The position numbers were made by a program, and so were the translations under genes. Under the pieces are notes generated by a model. That model searched no databases. It saw only the letters and a list, made by a program, of their open reading frames with translations, and had not been told where the DNA came from. DNA of 64,000 nucleotides from the human T2T-CHM13v2.0 reference genome, Homo sapiens. Within the stretch, counting starts at the first letter, position 1. Every line of letters begins with the position of its first letter. Shown here in pieces: positions 1 through 12,179 of the stretch. Location of the stretch: the NCBI RefSeq assembly GCF_009914755.1, contig NC_060944.1. The stretch is one strand, 5' to 3'.

Positions 1-300
1 TTAAAACTTTTCCTTAAAAAATCTCCATGTCCAGATGACTTCACTAGGCATTTTTTTTCAAAACTGTTCAAAGAAGAAATAATATTAACACACAACATAT
101 ACAACATGCAACAACAACAGAGAACAGAAAAACAATATTACCAAGCCACTCAATTTAGAAAATAACAATAACATTGATACCAAAACTTGTAAAGAATATT
201 ACAAAAATAAAAGAAATAAGGATCAACATTGTTCATGAATATAGATGTAAAAATCTAAACAAGATGATAGCATATGAATTTAATGCCAAACGAGAAAAAG
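1..300 (+). mobile_element. Old L1M ORF2 fragment
   Basis: Diverged match to the L1 ORF2 region (CCAGATGACTTCACT...ACATTGATACCAAAAC...GTTCATGAATATAGATGTAAAAATC); the element resumes after the HSPE1 retrocopy. Confidence 0.75.
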
Positions 301-320
301 AAGGATACTAACTCACCTTT

Positions 321-794
321 TTAGATATAATTAGCTTATTTAAAAAGAGGGAGATGGAGATTATTTATGATAGAAGAGTTCAGAACTTCAGTGAAATGGG
401 CATCTTCATGTTGATACCACTTCAGTAGTGATTTATTTCTGTCTACATTCCTTCCAAGAATGTCACCATCTCTAAATAAGAATAATCCTTGTCATCTATA
501 ACTACTTTGTTGCCTCCATATTCTGGGAGACAAATTTTATCTCCAAATTTCAGACTAATTGGTTGTATCTCTCCACGCTTTCCTTTACAGCCAGACGTAA
601 CTACCACTACTGTTGCTTGCAATACTTATCCTTGAGATTTTTTGGGAAGCATAATACCTCCTTTGGTTACAGTTTTGACTGCGATACTTTCAACCAATAC
701 TCAGTCAGAAAGCAAAAAAATTAAAAAAAAAAGTTCTAAATGTTTGTCCTGCCATGACTCCTGTTGTTCTTGTGCTGCTGTTGCATGGAAAGCC
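321..794 (-). pseudogene. HSPE1 (HSP10/chaperonin 10) processed pseudogene
   Basis: Minus strand reads GGAGTCATGGCAGGACAA (ATG at 755), then VLVESIAVKTVTKGGIMLPKKSQG*VLQATVVVVTSGCKGKRGEIQPISLKFGDKICLPEYGGNKVVIDDKDY/LFRDGDILG, matching HSP10. Intronless. Disabled by a T-tract expansion near the start, internal stops and a frameshift. Original stop appears as AGA at 438-440. HSPE1-like 3'UTR extends to ~321. Confidence 0.93.
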
Positions 795-1534
795 TAATTC
801 AATTTGCTGAGAGGTACCTTGGAAAAAAGTCTACGGTTAGTGGTAAAATATTAATGGTTTACTTCTGAGATAATAAACAAAATAAGAATATCCATCATCA
901 TCACTTCAACTCAACATTGCATGTTCTAGCCAGTGGAATGAAGCAAGTAAAATAAATAAATCTGGGAACGTTGGGAAAAAAATCATGATTATTCATAGAA
1001 AACATGTCTGTATATATAGAAAAATGAAAGACTCAAAAAATTAATGGAAGTAAGGAGTGAATTTAGCAAGTTCACTGGATATAGGGTCCATATACAAAAT
1101 AAATTTTGTTTTCATAAGCTAGAACATGCAAGTAGAATATTAAATTTTAAAAGTATTATTTCAATAGCACCAAATTCAGACATATTGCTGTCTAAATCTA
1201 ACAAAAGACATATGCAAGATCTCTACTTTGAAAACTATACAACATTGTTCAATGAACCTAGAAAAGACCTATGCTCTTAAATTGAAGGGCTTAATATTGT
1301 TAAGATGTCAATTCTCTTCAAATTGGTCTATATGCTCAATGCGCTCAATAAAAAGTCCAGTTTTTTTGGAAATTGACAAAGTGATTTTAGTGCATCTATG
1401 TCTGTGTGTGTGTGTACACACACACACTGGACTAAGGCAATCTTAAATAAGAAAAATAAAGTTGGATGACCATATATCAAGATTTAACATAAAGTTTCAG
1501 AAATGAATATACTCTGCTCTTAGCAAAGGATAAA
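795..1534 (+). mobile_element. Old L1M ORF2 fragment (continuation)
   Basis: Diverged L1 RT-region sequence (TCAACATTGCATGTTCTAGCCAG..., GAATTTAGCAAGTTCACTGGATATAGG..., AATATTGTTAAGATGTCAATTCTC). Confidence 0.8.
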
Positions 1535-1894
1535 CGTATTAGTCCACTCTCACACTGCTATGAAGAAATATCCAAGACTGGGTAATTTATAAAGAAAAGA
1601 TGTTTAATTGACTCAGTTCCACCTGGCTGGGGAGGACTCAGGAAACTTACAATCATGGCAGAAGTCACCTCTTCACAGGGCAGCAGGAGAGCAGAATGAG
1701 TGCAAGCAGGCAAAATGCCAGACACTTATAAAACCATCAGATCTCGTGAGAATTTACTATCACAAGAACAGCATGGGGGAATCCACCCCCATGATCCAAT
1801 CACTTCCCACCCTGGTCCCTCCCATGACACGTGGGGACTATGGGAACTACAATTCAAGATGAGATTTGGGTGGGGACATAGCCAAAACATATCA
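1535..1894 (-). mobile_element. THE1 (THE1C/D-like) solo LTR, ERVL-MaLR
   Basis: Minus strand begins TGATATGTTTTGGCTATGTCCCCACCCAAATCTCATCTTGAATTGTAG; 360 bp; 5-bp TSD ATAAA at 1530-1534 and 1895-1899. Confidence 0.92.
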
Positions 1895-2930
1895 ATAAAT
1901 ACATAGAAAAATAAATAGAAGATCCAGACCCCCCCAACCAATACCTCGCAGAATCCACACATTTATGGTCTCCCCAGCAATGAAAAAACAAAGTATCATT
2001 TTAGTGGGGAAAGTACAATCATTTTAATAAATATGCAGGATCTATGCTATATCTCTTTGGAACAATGAGAATTGACCCTTACCTCCCACATTTAATTTGA
2101 GATGAATCATAGAATCCAGTGTTCAGGGAAAAACAATGCAGATTCTACAAGAAAATACCTTCAGAAATGTAGAGTAGGCCAGAGTTTTTCAATCTCATCA
2201 CTATTGATACCTGAGACCAGATAATTGTTTGTTATGGGAGTTATCCTATGCACTGTGGGATGTTTAGCAGCAACCCTCTATTGACTAGATGCCACCAGCA
2301 TCCAGTAGCTAAAATTAAAAAGGCTGACAATAATACATTTCAAGGATGTAGAACAACTGGGTTTCATAATTACTCTTTGGGAGCAATGAAAAACTCTTGA
2401 GAAGTACCTGTTAAAGCTACATATTACTTGTAATTTATGCTCTATGAACAACCAATTTCTCTTTCAAATATATACACATACACATATATATATTTGTGTC
2501 TTACATATATATATTTGTGTCTTACATATATAACATATATGTATATATTATATACATATCTATACACACAGAGAGAGAGGTAAATCTGTGTTCATATCCA
2601 ACAATGGCATCTTTATAGAAGCATTATTTATAATAGCCCCAAACTGGAAACAACCCAAAGTGGAGAATATACATTAACAATGGAATATTACACAGCAATG
2701 AAAATAAATTATGGCTATATGCAAAGCAAAATACATCTTACAGACTTAAGGTTGAGTGAAAAAAGGCAAATATGAATGATGACCGTTGCATGAAGTTGAA
2801 AAACAGTCAAAACTTATCTGTGGTGATAGAGGCCATAATAGGTTAACTAATGAAGAGAACATAAGACATTCTGCAAGGGTACTGGAATGTTCTAAATCTT
2901 GATCTAGATAATAACTTCATCTATATCTAT
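1895..2930 (+). mobile_element. Old L1M (L1MC/ME-type) 3' portion, interrupted by a MER20 fragment and a (TA)n tract
   Basis: L1 3' motifs such as GCATTATTTATAATAGCCCCAAACTGGAAACAACCCAAA, ATGGAATATTACACAGCAATGAAA and GGAATGTTCTAAATCTTGATCT. Confidence 0.75.
2180..2303. mobile_element. MER20 (hAT-Charlie) fragment
   Basis: CACTATTGATACCTGAGACCAGATAATTGTTTGTT...GCACTGTGGGATGTTTAGCAGCA...CTAGATGCCA matches MER20. Confidence 0.75.
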
Positions 2931-3059
2931 ACAAATACAGATATAGATATGAATATTAAACTTCACTTTTGGATAGAGTTTATCTCAGAAATCTGGAGAA
3001 TGTAGGTAAAGAAAGTGGAATATGATCAAGAAGACACATCAACTGAGATTGCATTAAAG

Positions 3060-3495
3060 ATATATGGAAATTTGGTGAGATTTGCTCTGTTTTAAATACT
3101 AACCCTTTCTTTCTAATAATGTTACATCTTTCCATTTCTTTAACTGGTATGCCCTTCATTAAGATTTTATGGTTTTATTAGTGAGTCAAGTACCTTCATT
3201 TTTCAATTTATTCCTAATTAGTAAGGAATTTTGTTGCTTGTGTGAGTAGGGCATTCTCCCCCATTCCCATTTATAGCTGTTTTTTTGCAATTAGATACTT
3301 AAGGAAGCTGTGGATGTTTCTTTATATATGTACACAGAATGTACAAAACATGCATTACCATTGTACCTTGTTAGTTCTAGAAGTGCGTGTTTGTTTATTT
3401 GGTTATTTATTAGAGCTTCTTGGTTTATATTGGTATATAAGCATAAAAATCAATTGTCTATAAAAATAACTGACTTTCTATTATTTTTCAGTTAG
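3060..3495 (-). mobile_element. Highly diverged L1M fragment
   Basis: T-rich sequence resembling antisense L1 ORF2 (TTTATTCCTAATTAG...TTTTGTTGCTTGTGTGAGTAGGG). Confidence 0.45.
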
Positions 3496-3704
3496 CCAGG
3501 GTGTAAAGAAAGTAGCAATTGTTGCTCAAAGTATTCTCGAGCCCAACATGATTCATCACTTAATTCTGAAATGTCACTGTAATCTCATTTCAATATGAGG
3601 AAATCCGTACAGTGTCTCAGAGGCGCCTGTTCTCCATCACAAGGAGACGACTCACAAGAGATCAGGAATGCATTTTCTCTAATTGATTTTCCTTCTAGAT
3701 GTGC

Positions 3705-3905
3705 ATGCCAGTTCTGTCACTTTCTAGTTCTGACCATGAACAAGTTATTTGGCCTCCTTAAGGCTTAGTTTTCACATCTTTAAAATGGAGAAATAAGTTT
3801 TACTTGAATGGCTCTTTCAAAGGTCAAATAAAATATTTAATGAAAATAAAAAGCTTAATGGAGTGACTGACACATAGAAAGGACTCAGTAATTATTAGCT
3901 AGTAA
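3705..3905 (+). mobile_element. MIR SINE
   Basis: Core CAAGTTATTTGGCCTCC...AGTTTTCACATCTTTAAAATGGAG...GACACATAG...CTCAGTAATTATTAGCTA. Confidence 0.75.
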
Positions 3906-4074
3906 TAGTTATATCTTATACATGGTGTTTATACCTAAGACAGTGCAAAAGCTTCATGTTTCAGAATCAGCTACAAATCCAAATTGTACCTTTCTCCTGA
4001 GACCGTAAGTTATTCTGTCTTGTTACCCATTGCTGTCACAGAGCGTGGTTCCTAGAAACAACTGGAAGCCATCT

Positions 4075-4740
4075 GCAGTGAGTTTGGGCAACCTCATGGT
4101 TGTGTTGAGTGATCTGATCCCACAGCTCAGGCATCTGACAGCTGCAGTATTCATGCCTCACTTTTCTGCCTGACTCTTGCTCTTGGTGAAAGCAGTTACT
4201 GCACCACCACTCTCTGGACTTTTTCCGCTGCATCGTCCTTTTGTCTTTTCAATATGGAACTGAGATTCTGTGAACAACAGGGCCATTTTACAGCCTATAG
4301 GCTGCACTCTGCTTGGGGGACTGAGCATTCTGAGGCAGGTTCCTGCCCTCATCCCGTTCTGGTCCCATATCATGATTGTTCCAGTGAAGAAGGTGTTGGG
4401 AGGTGCCCCATAAACCTTCCATATTTAGGGTCTTCTGAGCTGGCAGCCCACTGAAGACAAACATGGCCATGTGTCGATGGTTGTGGAAAGAGGATGCATA
4501 TTGTCCAATTGACTGCCACCAGCATGGAGCATGGCATGCTGGCAGAAGCACAAGATCCAGAAGAGGATAGAAGGATCCCAGGTCTGGGGGAAACTAAACT
4601 GTTTCATCCTTTGCTAAGGGCTGGGGCCCATCAGGATGCTCTGGGCTGTGAAGTCAGGGCAGGAGAACAAGACTGTGGAGGAAAATGTAGTCAGAAAAGA
4701 CAGTCTCAGCCCACTTCTCATCTGTTTCATTCAAGCCTGA
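4075..4740 (+). pseudogene. Candidate ancient decayed class-A GPCR (LTB4R/BLT-like) relic; tentative
   Basis: The frame starting at 4075 gives colinear TM1-TM7-like motifs (AVSLGNLMVVLS, LRHLTAAVF, VTAP, LLGGLSILR....IPFWS, KKVLGG, PTE..H......VE, IQKRI, GKL..FIL, SLSPLLICF) with 6 internal stops; by-eye alignment only. Confidence 0.35.
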
Positions 4741-5149
4741 ATCATGCCTCATCTCTCCTCATGCTCAGCAGATAACGTTGGATCAACTGTATGTTCATTT
4801 AAGTCTCCTCAGCGTTCTTCCTTCTGATCCACCCATATTTTTACCATCATCTCCTACCAACCTACAGGCAGCCTCCCTGACTAACATGGATCTCTGTTCT
4901 GTTCTGTGCAATTTTTATTAATCCATCTTTGTTCTTCACATCTTTGTACTCCCCTTTTCTTCCAGTATGGTCAGTGTCTTCACCATCTCTGCCATCGAAG
5001 TTTAATTCCTATCTCTCCCTGGGGATCCCCTCTCCAGGGACTGCTATCCCAGTCTGCCTCTCAAAATTAAATTCTAAAGACCCCACAAAATTTTTGAGGA
5101 TTTTTCCAATTGTCCTAAAAGGTTATAATCTTACCTTACAGGGAATTTC

Positions 5150-5300
5150 CACAGAACCACTCACATTACATTCACATTTGTAATACATTTATCTGCATTA
5201 CTAGACTGGAACTTCCTGAGGTCAGACACTGGGGCTTAATTATTTTTGCATCTCTAGTACTGCAAAGGGTAGGTTGAACACATATTGGTATTTGAATAAC
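5150..5300 (+). mobile_element. L2 3' fragment
   Basis: ACTAGACTGGAACTTCCTGAGGTCAGACAC...TTTGCATCTCTAGTAC is typical of the L2 3' end. Confidence 0.55.
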
Positions 5301-5337
5301 AAAGAGGAACATTTATATGACGATGGTATATGGAAGG

Positions 5338-6095
5338 AGGACATGAAGAGCCGCTCAGCACCACTAGTTTATTAGGAAAATGCAAATTAAAACCACAATG
5401 AGATACCCACTAAAATAGCTGAAATGAAAAAACTCTGACACTAGTGCTAGCACTTTTGCAGAGCACCTGGGACTCTTGTGAATTGCTGGCAGAAATGCAA
5501 AATCACACAGCCATTTTGTCAAACAGTATGACAGTTTCTTAAGAAGTTAACATACACTTACTGTATGACCCAGCAATTTGTCTCCTAGATATTTACCTAA
5601 GAGAAATGAAAACTTACGTTTATCAAAAACTAACTAAACAAAAAATCTCCCATTCCTGTTACAGTGGCTTCATCCATAATTTTCAAAAATTAGAAACAAC
5701 CCCGACATCTTTCAACTGCAGAACTGATAAACAAGCTGTACCAAGTCCATGCAATGGAATACTATTCAGCAATAAAGAAAACGAACTACTAACATGAATA
5801 ACAGCTGGATGAATCTCAAATGCTTGAGGCTGAGTGAAAGAAGTACACTCAAATAGTTTCATATCACATAATTCTATTTAGATGACATTCTGCAAAAGGC
5901 AAAAATGATAGGAAGGAAAACAGATCAGAGGCTTCCAGGGGTTGAAGAAGGGGTACATTTTGGGGGTTTGATATTAATGTTTTGTATCTTGATATCAATG
6001 ACGGTAAAATGTTTCTATATTTTCTAAAATTCATAAAACTGCATACCTAAAATGATTTTGTCTGTATGTAATAATATACTTTATATCCAATAAAA
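5338..6095 (+). mobile_element. L1MD/L1ME-type 3' end
   Basis: AAATGCAAATTAAAACCACAATGAGATAC, ATGACCCAGCAATTTGTCTCCTAGATATTTACC, GGATGAATCTCAAA...GAGTGAAAGAAG, TTTTGTATCTTGAT. Confidence 0.88.
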
Positions 6096-6539
6096 TATAA
6101 TGGAAAGAAAGTGGAAATAGTGAAACCTCTTTCTTATCATCAATGGGCCCTAGAGAATCAGCAACCTATCCCTAGCTGGCTCCCACAAACTCACTACTTT
6201 ACCCCCAGAAGTCACTGAGATGGTGAGGCTAGGATGTGACTATCACAATCTGTTCCTGGGTCCAAAGTTGAAGGTAGTAATGACTTAAAGTGTTTGATAA
6301 ATGGGGAGAAAATAAAAGTGAGTAGTCCAGAGTTATCAAATAATTTATGTCCAGAACATGAACTCAAACATTTGACTGACATAAATTTTATTGAGTTTTC
6401 TTTACATTAATCCAACTCAGTAGGCCAATGGATAGAATTCAATAAAAATAATGTCTGTCAAAAGGCTGACATTATTTAATTTTAAAACAGAGTTAATCAG
6501 TCTTTACTTTGGGCTCTCCTAGCCCCCGTGTATACCCCT

Positions 6540-6720
6540 TGATTGCAGTATTTATTAAAATGTATTTTAATTATGTTTATATCCCAGTCTTCCCCACCAG
6601 GACTTTGGGTTCCTTAGGGTCAGGGATTTTAAGTTACTGATATTTGCACTCCAGGTGCATCACAAAGCAAGTGCTCAATACATTTTTTGTTGTTGTTGAA
6701 AAAATGAAAGGATGAATGAG
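6540..6720 (+). mobile_element. L2 3' fragment
   Basis: TCTTCCCCACCAGGACTTTGGGTTCCTTAGGGTCAGGGA...GTGCTCAATACATTTTTTGTTG...TGAATGA. Confidence 0.65.
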
Positions 6721-6849
6721 GGCTCATGGTTTCCACTACTACATATGTGACATGCCCATCTCCCCATTCTATCTTCTGCTTCTCCATAATTTGCCCACTG
6801 CCACACATCTCTAAATTCTGCAGACCACCCCCAAGCTGTCCTTCCTGTC

Positions 6850-7495
6850 TCATAGCTGCAGCAAAAGCCCTCTTAACGCCCACTCTGGTTCCTGCTCCTC
6901 TTACAATTCTGTACCCAGACATAGACATCTCACTGAAACATTAAACAGATCATACCGTGCTCAGGCTTAAATCTGCCAGTGGTTTCCAATTAGGCATAGA
7001 ACAAAAATCAGATTCCTTAGTTAAGCTTTGGAAGCCCTACAGTTCCTGACCCTTTCTATCTCTGTGACCTTGTGTCTCACTATCTGTCTTGGCCAATATG
7101 CTGCTTACCACTGAATTTCCTTCAGGGTCTCACACATGCTTGGTTGAGTCAGCCTCATAGCTTTTGTGTGAGCAGCTCCCTGACCTAGAATGTATTTTGT
7201 TCTGCTCTTCATATTGCTGGTTTCTTCTCAGCATGAGATCATGGCCACAACATCCACTTTTCCAAGAGGCCTTTCCTGACACAATCTAACCTCACTCTCT
7301 AACACACTACCTCATTTAACTTCTCTGTATAACTCTCATTCCAATGGGATATATATGTTATTCATTGTGTATTTGACAATAATTCTGTCTTCCCTTTTGG
7401 ATAATATGCTCTAAGACAGCAGGAACTCTGTCTTAACTCTGGTCTCCTCATCACCAACACAGAGTAAATGTTTAATGAACACTTGTTAAGAGATG
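6850..7495 (+). mobile_element. L2a 3' portion
   Basis: CAGATCATACC...GCTTAAATCTGCCAGTGGTTTCCAATT...AGAGGCCTTTCCTGAC...GCTCTAAGACAGCAGGAAC; ends in a TGAA-like tail. Confidence 0.75.
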
Positions 7496-7645
7496 AACAG
7501 ATGGATGGGTAGATGGATGAATGGACAGATGGATAGATGGTTGGATGGATGGATGGATGGATTAATGGATGGATGGATGGATAGATGGATGGAGGGATGG
7601 AGGGATGGATGGATGAATGTAATGGACAGGTGGAAAGGAATGAAT
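7493..7645 (+). repeat. (TGGA)n microsatellite, probably expanded from the L2 tail
   Basis: GATGGATGGATGG runs directly after the L2 end. Confidence 0.9.
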
Positions 7646-8429
7646 GGCATCTTTCACGGAAGGATAGGAACAGCTATTATTTTCTAACAAACAGAAAACC
7701 CAAATGACCTTATCCATAGACATTTCTTCTACTCTGTGTTACACTGAAATGTGTTGCAGACCACCTCACTGATGCCTGTCTTTATCTGATGTGCATTATT
7801 TACATTAATAGAAGAGGAAGCAGGGAATCAGACACTGACTTCAGCAGGGTGGATAAGGAAATTGGAAAAAAATAGTAGGGAAAAAGAAATGTGGGGATGT
7901 TACATACTTTATAATTATTACAGCTATTCCAGATCTGTACAACTCCCCATTCCCTCTTAGATGGCAATTGGAGGCATCTGATTTTCTTCTATCCTCCTAA
8001 GGTGAATGCTCACTCTTTTCCCCTCAGCCTGTTCAGGCCACAGCATCTATGTAGCTTGTAGACAAGGAGATACTGACTTTTACCTCATTAACTCTGTCTG
8101 GGAAGCCCAAAGTCATGGTTAGACCTGGCACAAAACAATAGCCGAAAAATCAGGGTCATCTCCTTTCCAAATGGCAATCTGCTTTACTGTGGCCACCAGA
8201 ATGTAATATAGTCTCTTTGCCTCTGCCCTGTACAAAGATATGAATCTGGGTATTTTGTTATAACTTGAAAATCAAGGCAGACGATTAAAAAAATTACTCT
8301 CAGCAATTCAGTTGAATAAAGGCTTTAATATCTAAAATGAACTACAGGTGTACCCTGGCAATTTTAACACTGAGATTTCTCCAAAACCAAAGTCAGATGG
8401 AGCAGGTGACCAGGTGCCAGAGTTTTTCA

Positions 8430-8620
8430 GACAGCAATTTCTGGAGCCAGATTCCCTGAGATCAAACCTTACCAACTAAAATTGGGCAAGTCACTTACTA
8501 TTTTCATTTCTCAGTTTTCTTATTATGCAGTTTGTGCTGGTGTGGTAAGAATTTCATGAGCAAATGCATGCAAAGCACTTTGCACAGTGACTGCCACATA
8601 GTAGGTACTGAGTACCTGGT
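8430..8620 (+). mobile_element. MIR SINE
   Basis: TTGGGCAAGTCACTTA...TCTCAGTTTTCT...AAAGCACTTTGCACAGTGACTGCCACATAGTAGGTACT. Confidence 0.75.
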
Positions 8621-9554
8621 GTATCTACTCAAAGTCATTATAATTAAGTGAGTGAATAGCTTCAGATTTTCTTTACTCTACTCTGAAATAACACCAGTCC
8701 TAAGTCACTCTTTGAAGCATCAATTGCTGAAGATTATAATAGTTGATTTCCTTCAGTGATAATTCCACATTGCTTTTGTGCTGTTCTTTTTCCAGAGCCT
8801 TGGGATGGCAAGGTATGGGTAAGATGGGAACATTTTGCCACATCCATTGGCAGCTGGAGTGAAATTCCAGCAGGCACTCCAAATCCATAGCTGGTAAGAA
8901 TCCAGCTGCAGAGCGCTGCAGGAAGTAAACAAGTTCCACCCACTCCAACTTCCCTCTGTTCTACATCTGGGGATTCACAGCCACCCCCAGACTTCAGAAC
9001 ACCCTCATCCTACACAGTGGGTCAACTGACAGAAAAAAACACTGCTATGAAGGATAATGTGTTTGCTGCAGACAAAAATGATTGAGGCCAAGGAAACAAC
9101 TTTTTCATGGTAGCTCCAGAAATTTAATTTTAAAGAGCCCTTGAGAGAAGCCAGTGTCTTCCTCAAGAGAAAAGATGGCAAATTGTATCATTTTGATTCA
9201 CACCCATGAATGATGTTTCTGCAGCTGTTTGAATTAAGACTGAAATACAAGCAATCTCAGTAGGAGTCTGTATTTTCATAAAACAATTTCCTGCTGAGTT
9301 AGTTCAGCCAGCTCTACCCCAGACCTTTCACACACCTCGGTGATGAGGACATTTACAAGATAGGGTTATTTTTGCTTATTAAAGAGCTCACGGAGTTTTG
9401 TAATATCCAACTCTTCTCAAGGCGAAGGAACATCTCTGGATCTCCCCACACACATATCTGAAATAAAATAGAGTTCTAACCTGTCCTAGTTGCCACTGGA
9501 AAACTCTGTAGGAACTGCACACCAAAGAACACAGTCCTAGCCCCACCAGAATGA

Positions 9555-9878
<324 letters not shown>

Positions 9879-10297
9879 TAACTCCTGCTTTCTAAACCTC
9901 TTGAGTTGAAGCTCCTCAACTCAAAACCTGGCTGTCCCCAACCCCGGAGTCAATCCCAGGTGAATGCTTGGTCCACCTGTACCCACTGAGCTGTCACATT
10001 TCCCTACATTCCCAGTAGATGGGCAGCAAATGCATGAGGCTTTTCCTAAAGCAACTGTTATGCCCTCAAGGGTCCTCAATTTCAGACCCCTTTGCTCAGT
10101 TCCTGACTTCCTGACACAGTCTTATGACTTCTTTACTGGAACCAGAATGCTGTGTCCTGACATTTTGCTTTTACTGGAGAGGAAGTAGAATTCTTTATTC
10201 TTCTACACTCCTCTATGTAGTGGGAGCACGCTGGGAGGGCTGTGAGAATGAGGGAGGTGCATGTTATATCTTCTCCTTCACATATACTCTCACATTC

Positions 10298-11065
10298 TGT
10301 ATTAGTCAGAAATATCCTTAGAGGTTATAACAGGAAACCTAATTTACAGCCATTCAACAAGAAAAATTCCATCTATTTGGAGTTTTTTTACAGCATGTAA
10401 CAGCAATGGAGGTAAGTTGTTGCTGGATTTGATTGAGCAGCTCCAACATGGAAAGACTGAGACTGTTCTGATTCTTTTGGCCTTTTCCTCATGGTTGCAA
10501 GACGGCTGCTGAAGCTTCAGCCATTATGTCTGAGACCAAAGTAAGACAGAAAGGAAAAAGTGTTTTTCAGACCTTTTGTCCCCATACCAGAAAAGCAAAC
10601 ACTTAGATCTAATCTATCAACAAATAACATCAATTTACCTCTTCTTGGCCAGAATTGGGTCACATGGCCACCCTTAGCTAGAAAGAAAGATGTAAAAGGG
10701 TGAAAATAATTGTTGTGATGGTCTTAGAGCAGGGCTTCTCAACCTCAGCATTATCATTTGGGGATGAATAATTCTTTGTTGTGGAGAGCTGGCCTGCGCA
10801 CGGTAGGTTATTTAGGAATGCTCCTGGACTCTACCTACCAGATGCTCACAGCTATTTTCTCCTCCAGGTGTAACAACCAAAAACGTCTCCAGGCATTGCC
10901 AAATATCCACTGGGGAATGAAATCGTCTGTGGTTGAGAACGACTAGCTTAGGCCAATCATGACTCATTGTCTGGTTTAAGATGCATGGCTACCCTGAAGA
11001 AAAGTAGGGTATCAAGAAGGAAGAATAAGAAAATATGTGCAAGGTAAATAATCGTGTCATGCCTC
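10298..11065 (-). mobile_element. MLT1 (J/K/L-type) LTR split by MER20
   Basis: Starts TGTATTAGTCAG; contains CCTCATGGTTGCAAGACGGCTGCT and TTGGCCAGAATTGGGTCACATGGCCACCCTTAGCT; resumes after MER20 with TTAGGCCAATCATGA. Confidence 0.7.
10730..10945. mobile_element. MER20 DNA transposon, full length
   Basis: TIRs CAGGGCTTCTCAACC / GGTTGAGAACGACTA; internal ATAATTCTTTGTTGTGG and ACAACCAAAAACGTCTCCAGGCATTGCCAAAT. Confidence 0.9.
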
Positions 11066-12079
11066 AGACACACAGCCTAGACATGCATGTCATACCTACA
11101 CAGTACACACCCGCATTCATGAGCACTTGTTTGGCGCTTGGAGTCATGGCATAAGCAAATGTTCACTGGTGTGGAGAAAGCTCTTTTCTCTTCAGACTCC
11201 TTTCCCTATGTATTTACATGTAAAATGTAATTGCTTTGGTTAAATGCAATTAAATTCAAATCAATTAAATCCTTTACATATTTACTGCCATAAACCAAAA
11301 GTTTAGCTTGAGTTAAGCCTGAATGTCCAGAAAGCGGAGCCAAAGAAGGAAATGTCTCCAAATCAAGAGATGCAGGAGCTGGAGTGAAGGATAATGAAGA
11401 ATCAAACAAAACCTCAGAAAACTAAGGTATGTAAGAACCAGAAAAAAGCTAAATAGTAAACACCTATGGTGTGCTATGATGAACACTTATGAAAATGGAA
11501 AAGAAGTTGTTAACAGCAAAACCAGACTCCTCTAGGCAAGGACAACTTATTTAGTGTGGCCCAAAGCAACCTACACCATACTGAACTTCATGAGTAACAA
11601 GGGAAAACTTTTATGTTCTGCCCCAAATAACATCTAGGGCTAAGCATTCAACATCACCCCTGACTGTAGGTACTAAGTGGCATAGGAAGAAAGAGGCTAT
11701 CGCTATTATGGGGTCAGAGAAGAACGAACTTCCTTAGAGCTCATCATTAACTTAGGTCTGTACAGTAGTAAATAGGAACATAAATTGCTATAGGTAGGAA
11801 AACACTTTGTACCCCTAATTCTGGGAGGTAAGCCTTTTCAGACACAGAGACTGAGAATTCTTTGAAGTAAGACTGAAATCTGATATCAGAATGTTATTGT
11901 CCCCATGGATGAGATACATTAAGAAGCAGAGGATCAAAAGATTATTCACAACAAGGAAATAAGAAAAGTAAATTTGGTCAGATTAGAGGAGAAATGTTTA
12001 TACTCGCCATTCCTAGCCAAGACTTTCTCCAATCCCTGGTGATAAACTTGGGGGTAAACACCTTAACGGCATTATAATT

Positions 12080-12082
<3 letters not shown>

Positions 12083-12117
<35 letters not shown>
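12083..12117 (+). repeat. (GT)n microsatellite
   Basis: Pure GT run of about 17 units. Confidence 0.97.
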
Positions 12118-12120
<3 letters not shown>

Positions 12121-12179
12121 TACTTCAAGTTTGTTGGTATAAGCAGTGCATTTGTGTGTATATGTGTATTTAACTATCA

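Noticed and set aside
4141-4335. Resemblance to SLC16/MCT transporter TM11-12 (SA*LLLLVKAV..PPLSG, G.FTA)
   Set aside because: It needs large deletions and frameshifts and covers only ~50 residues. The GPCR reading is colinear over a longer span. That two families fit by eye also shows how weak either call is.
7493-7687. MDGW-repeat ORF
   Set aside because: Translation of the (TGGA)n microsatellite.
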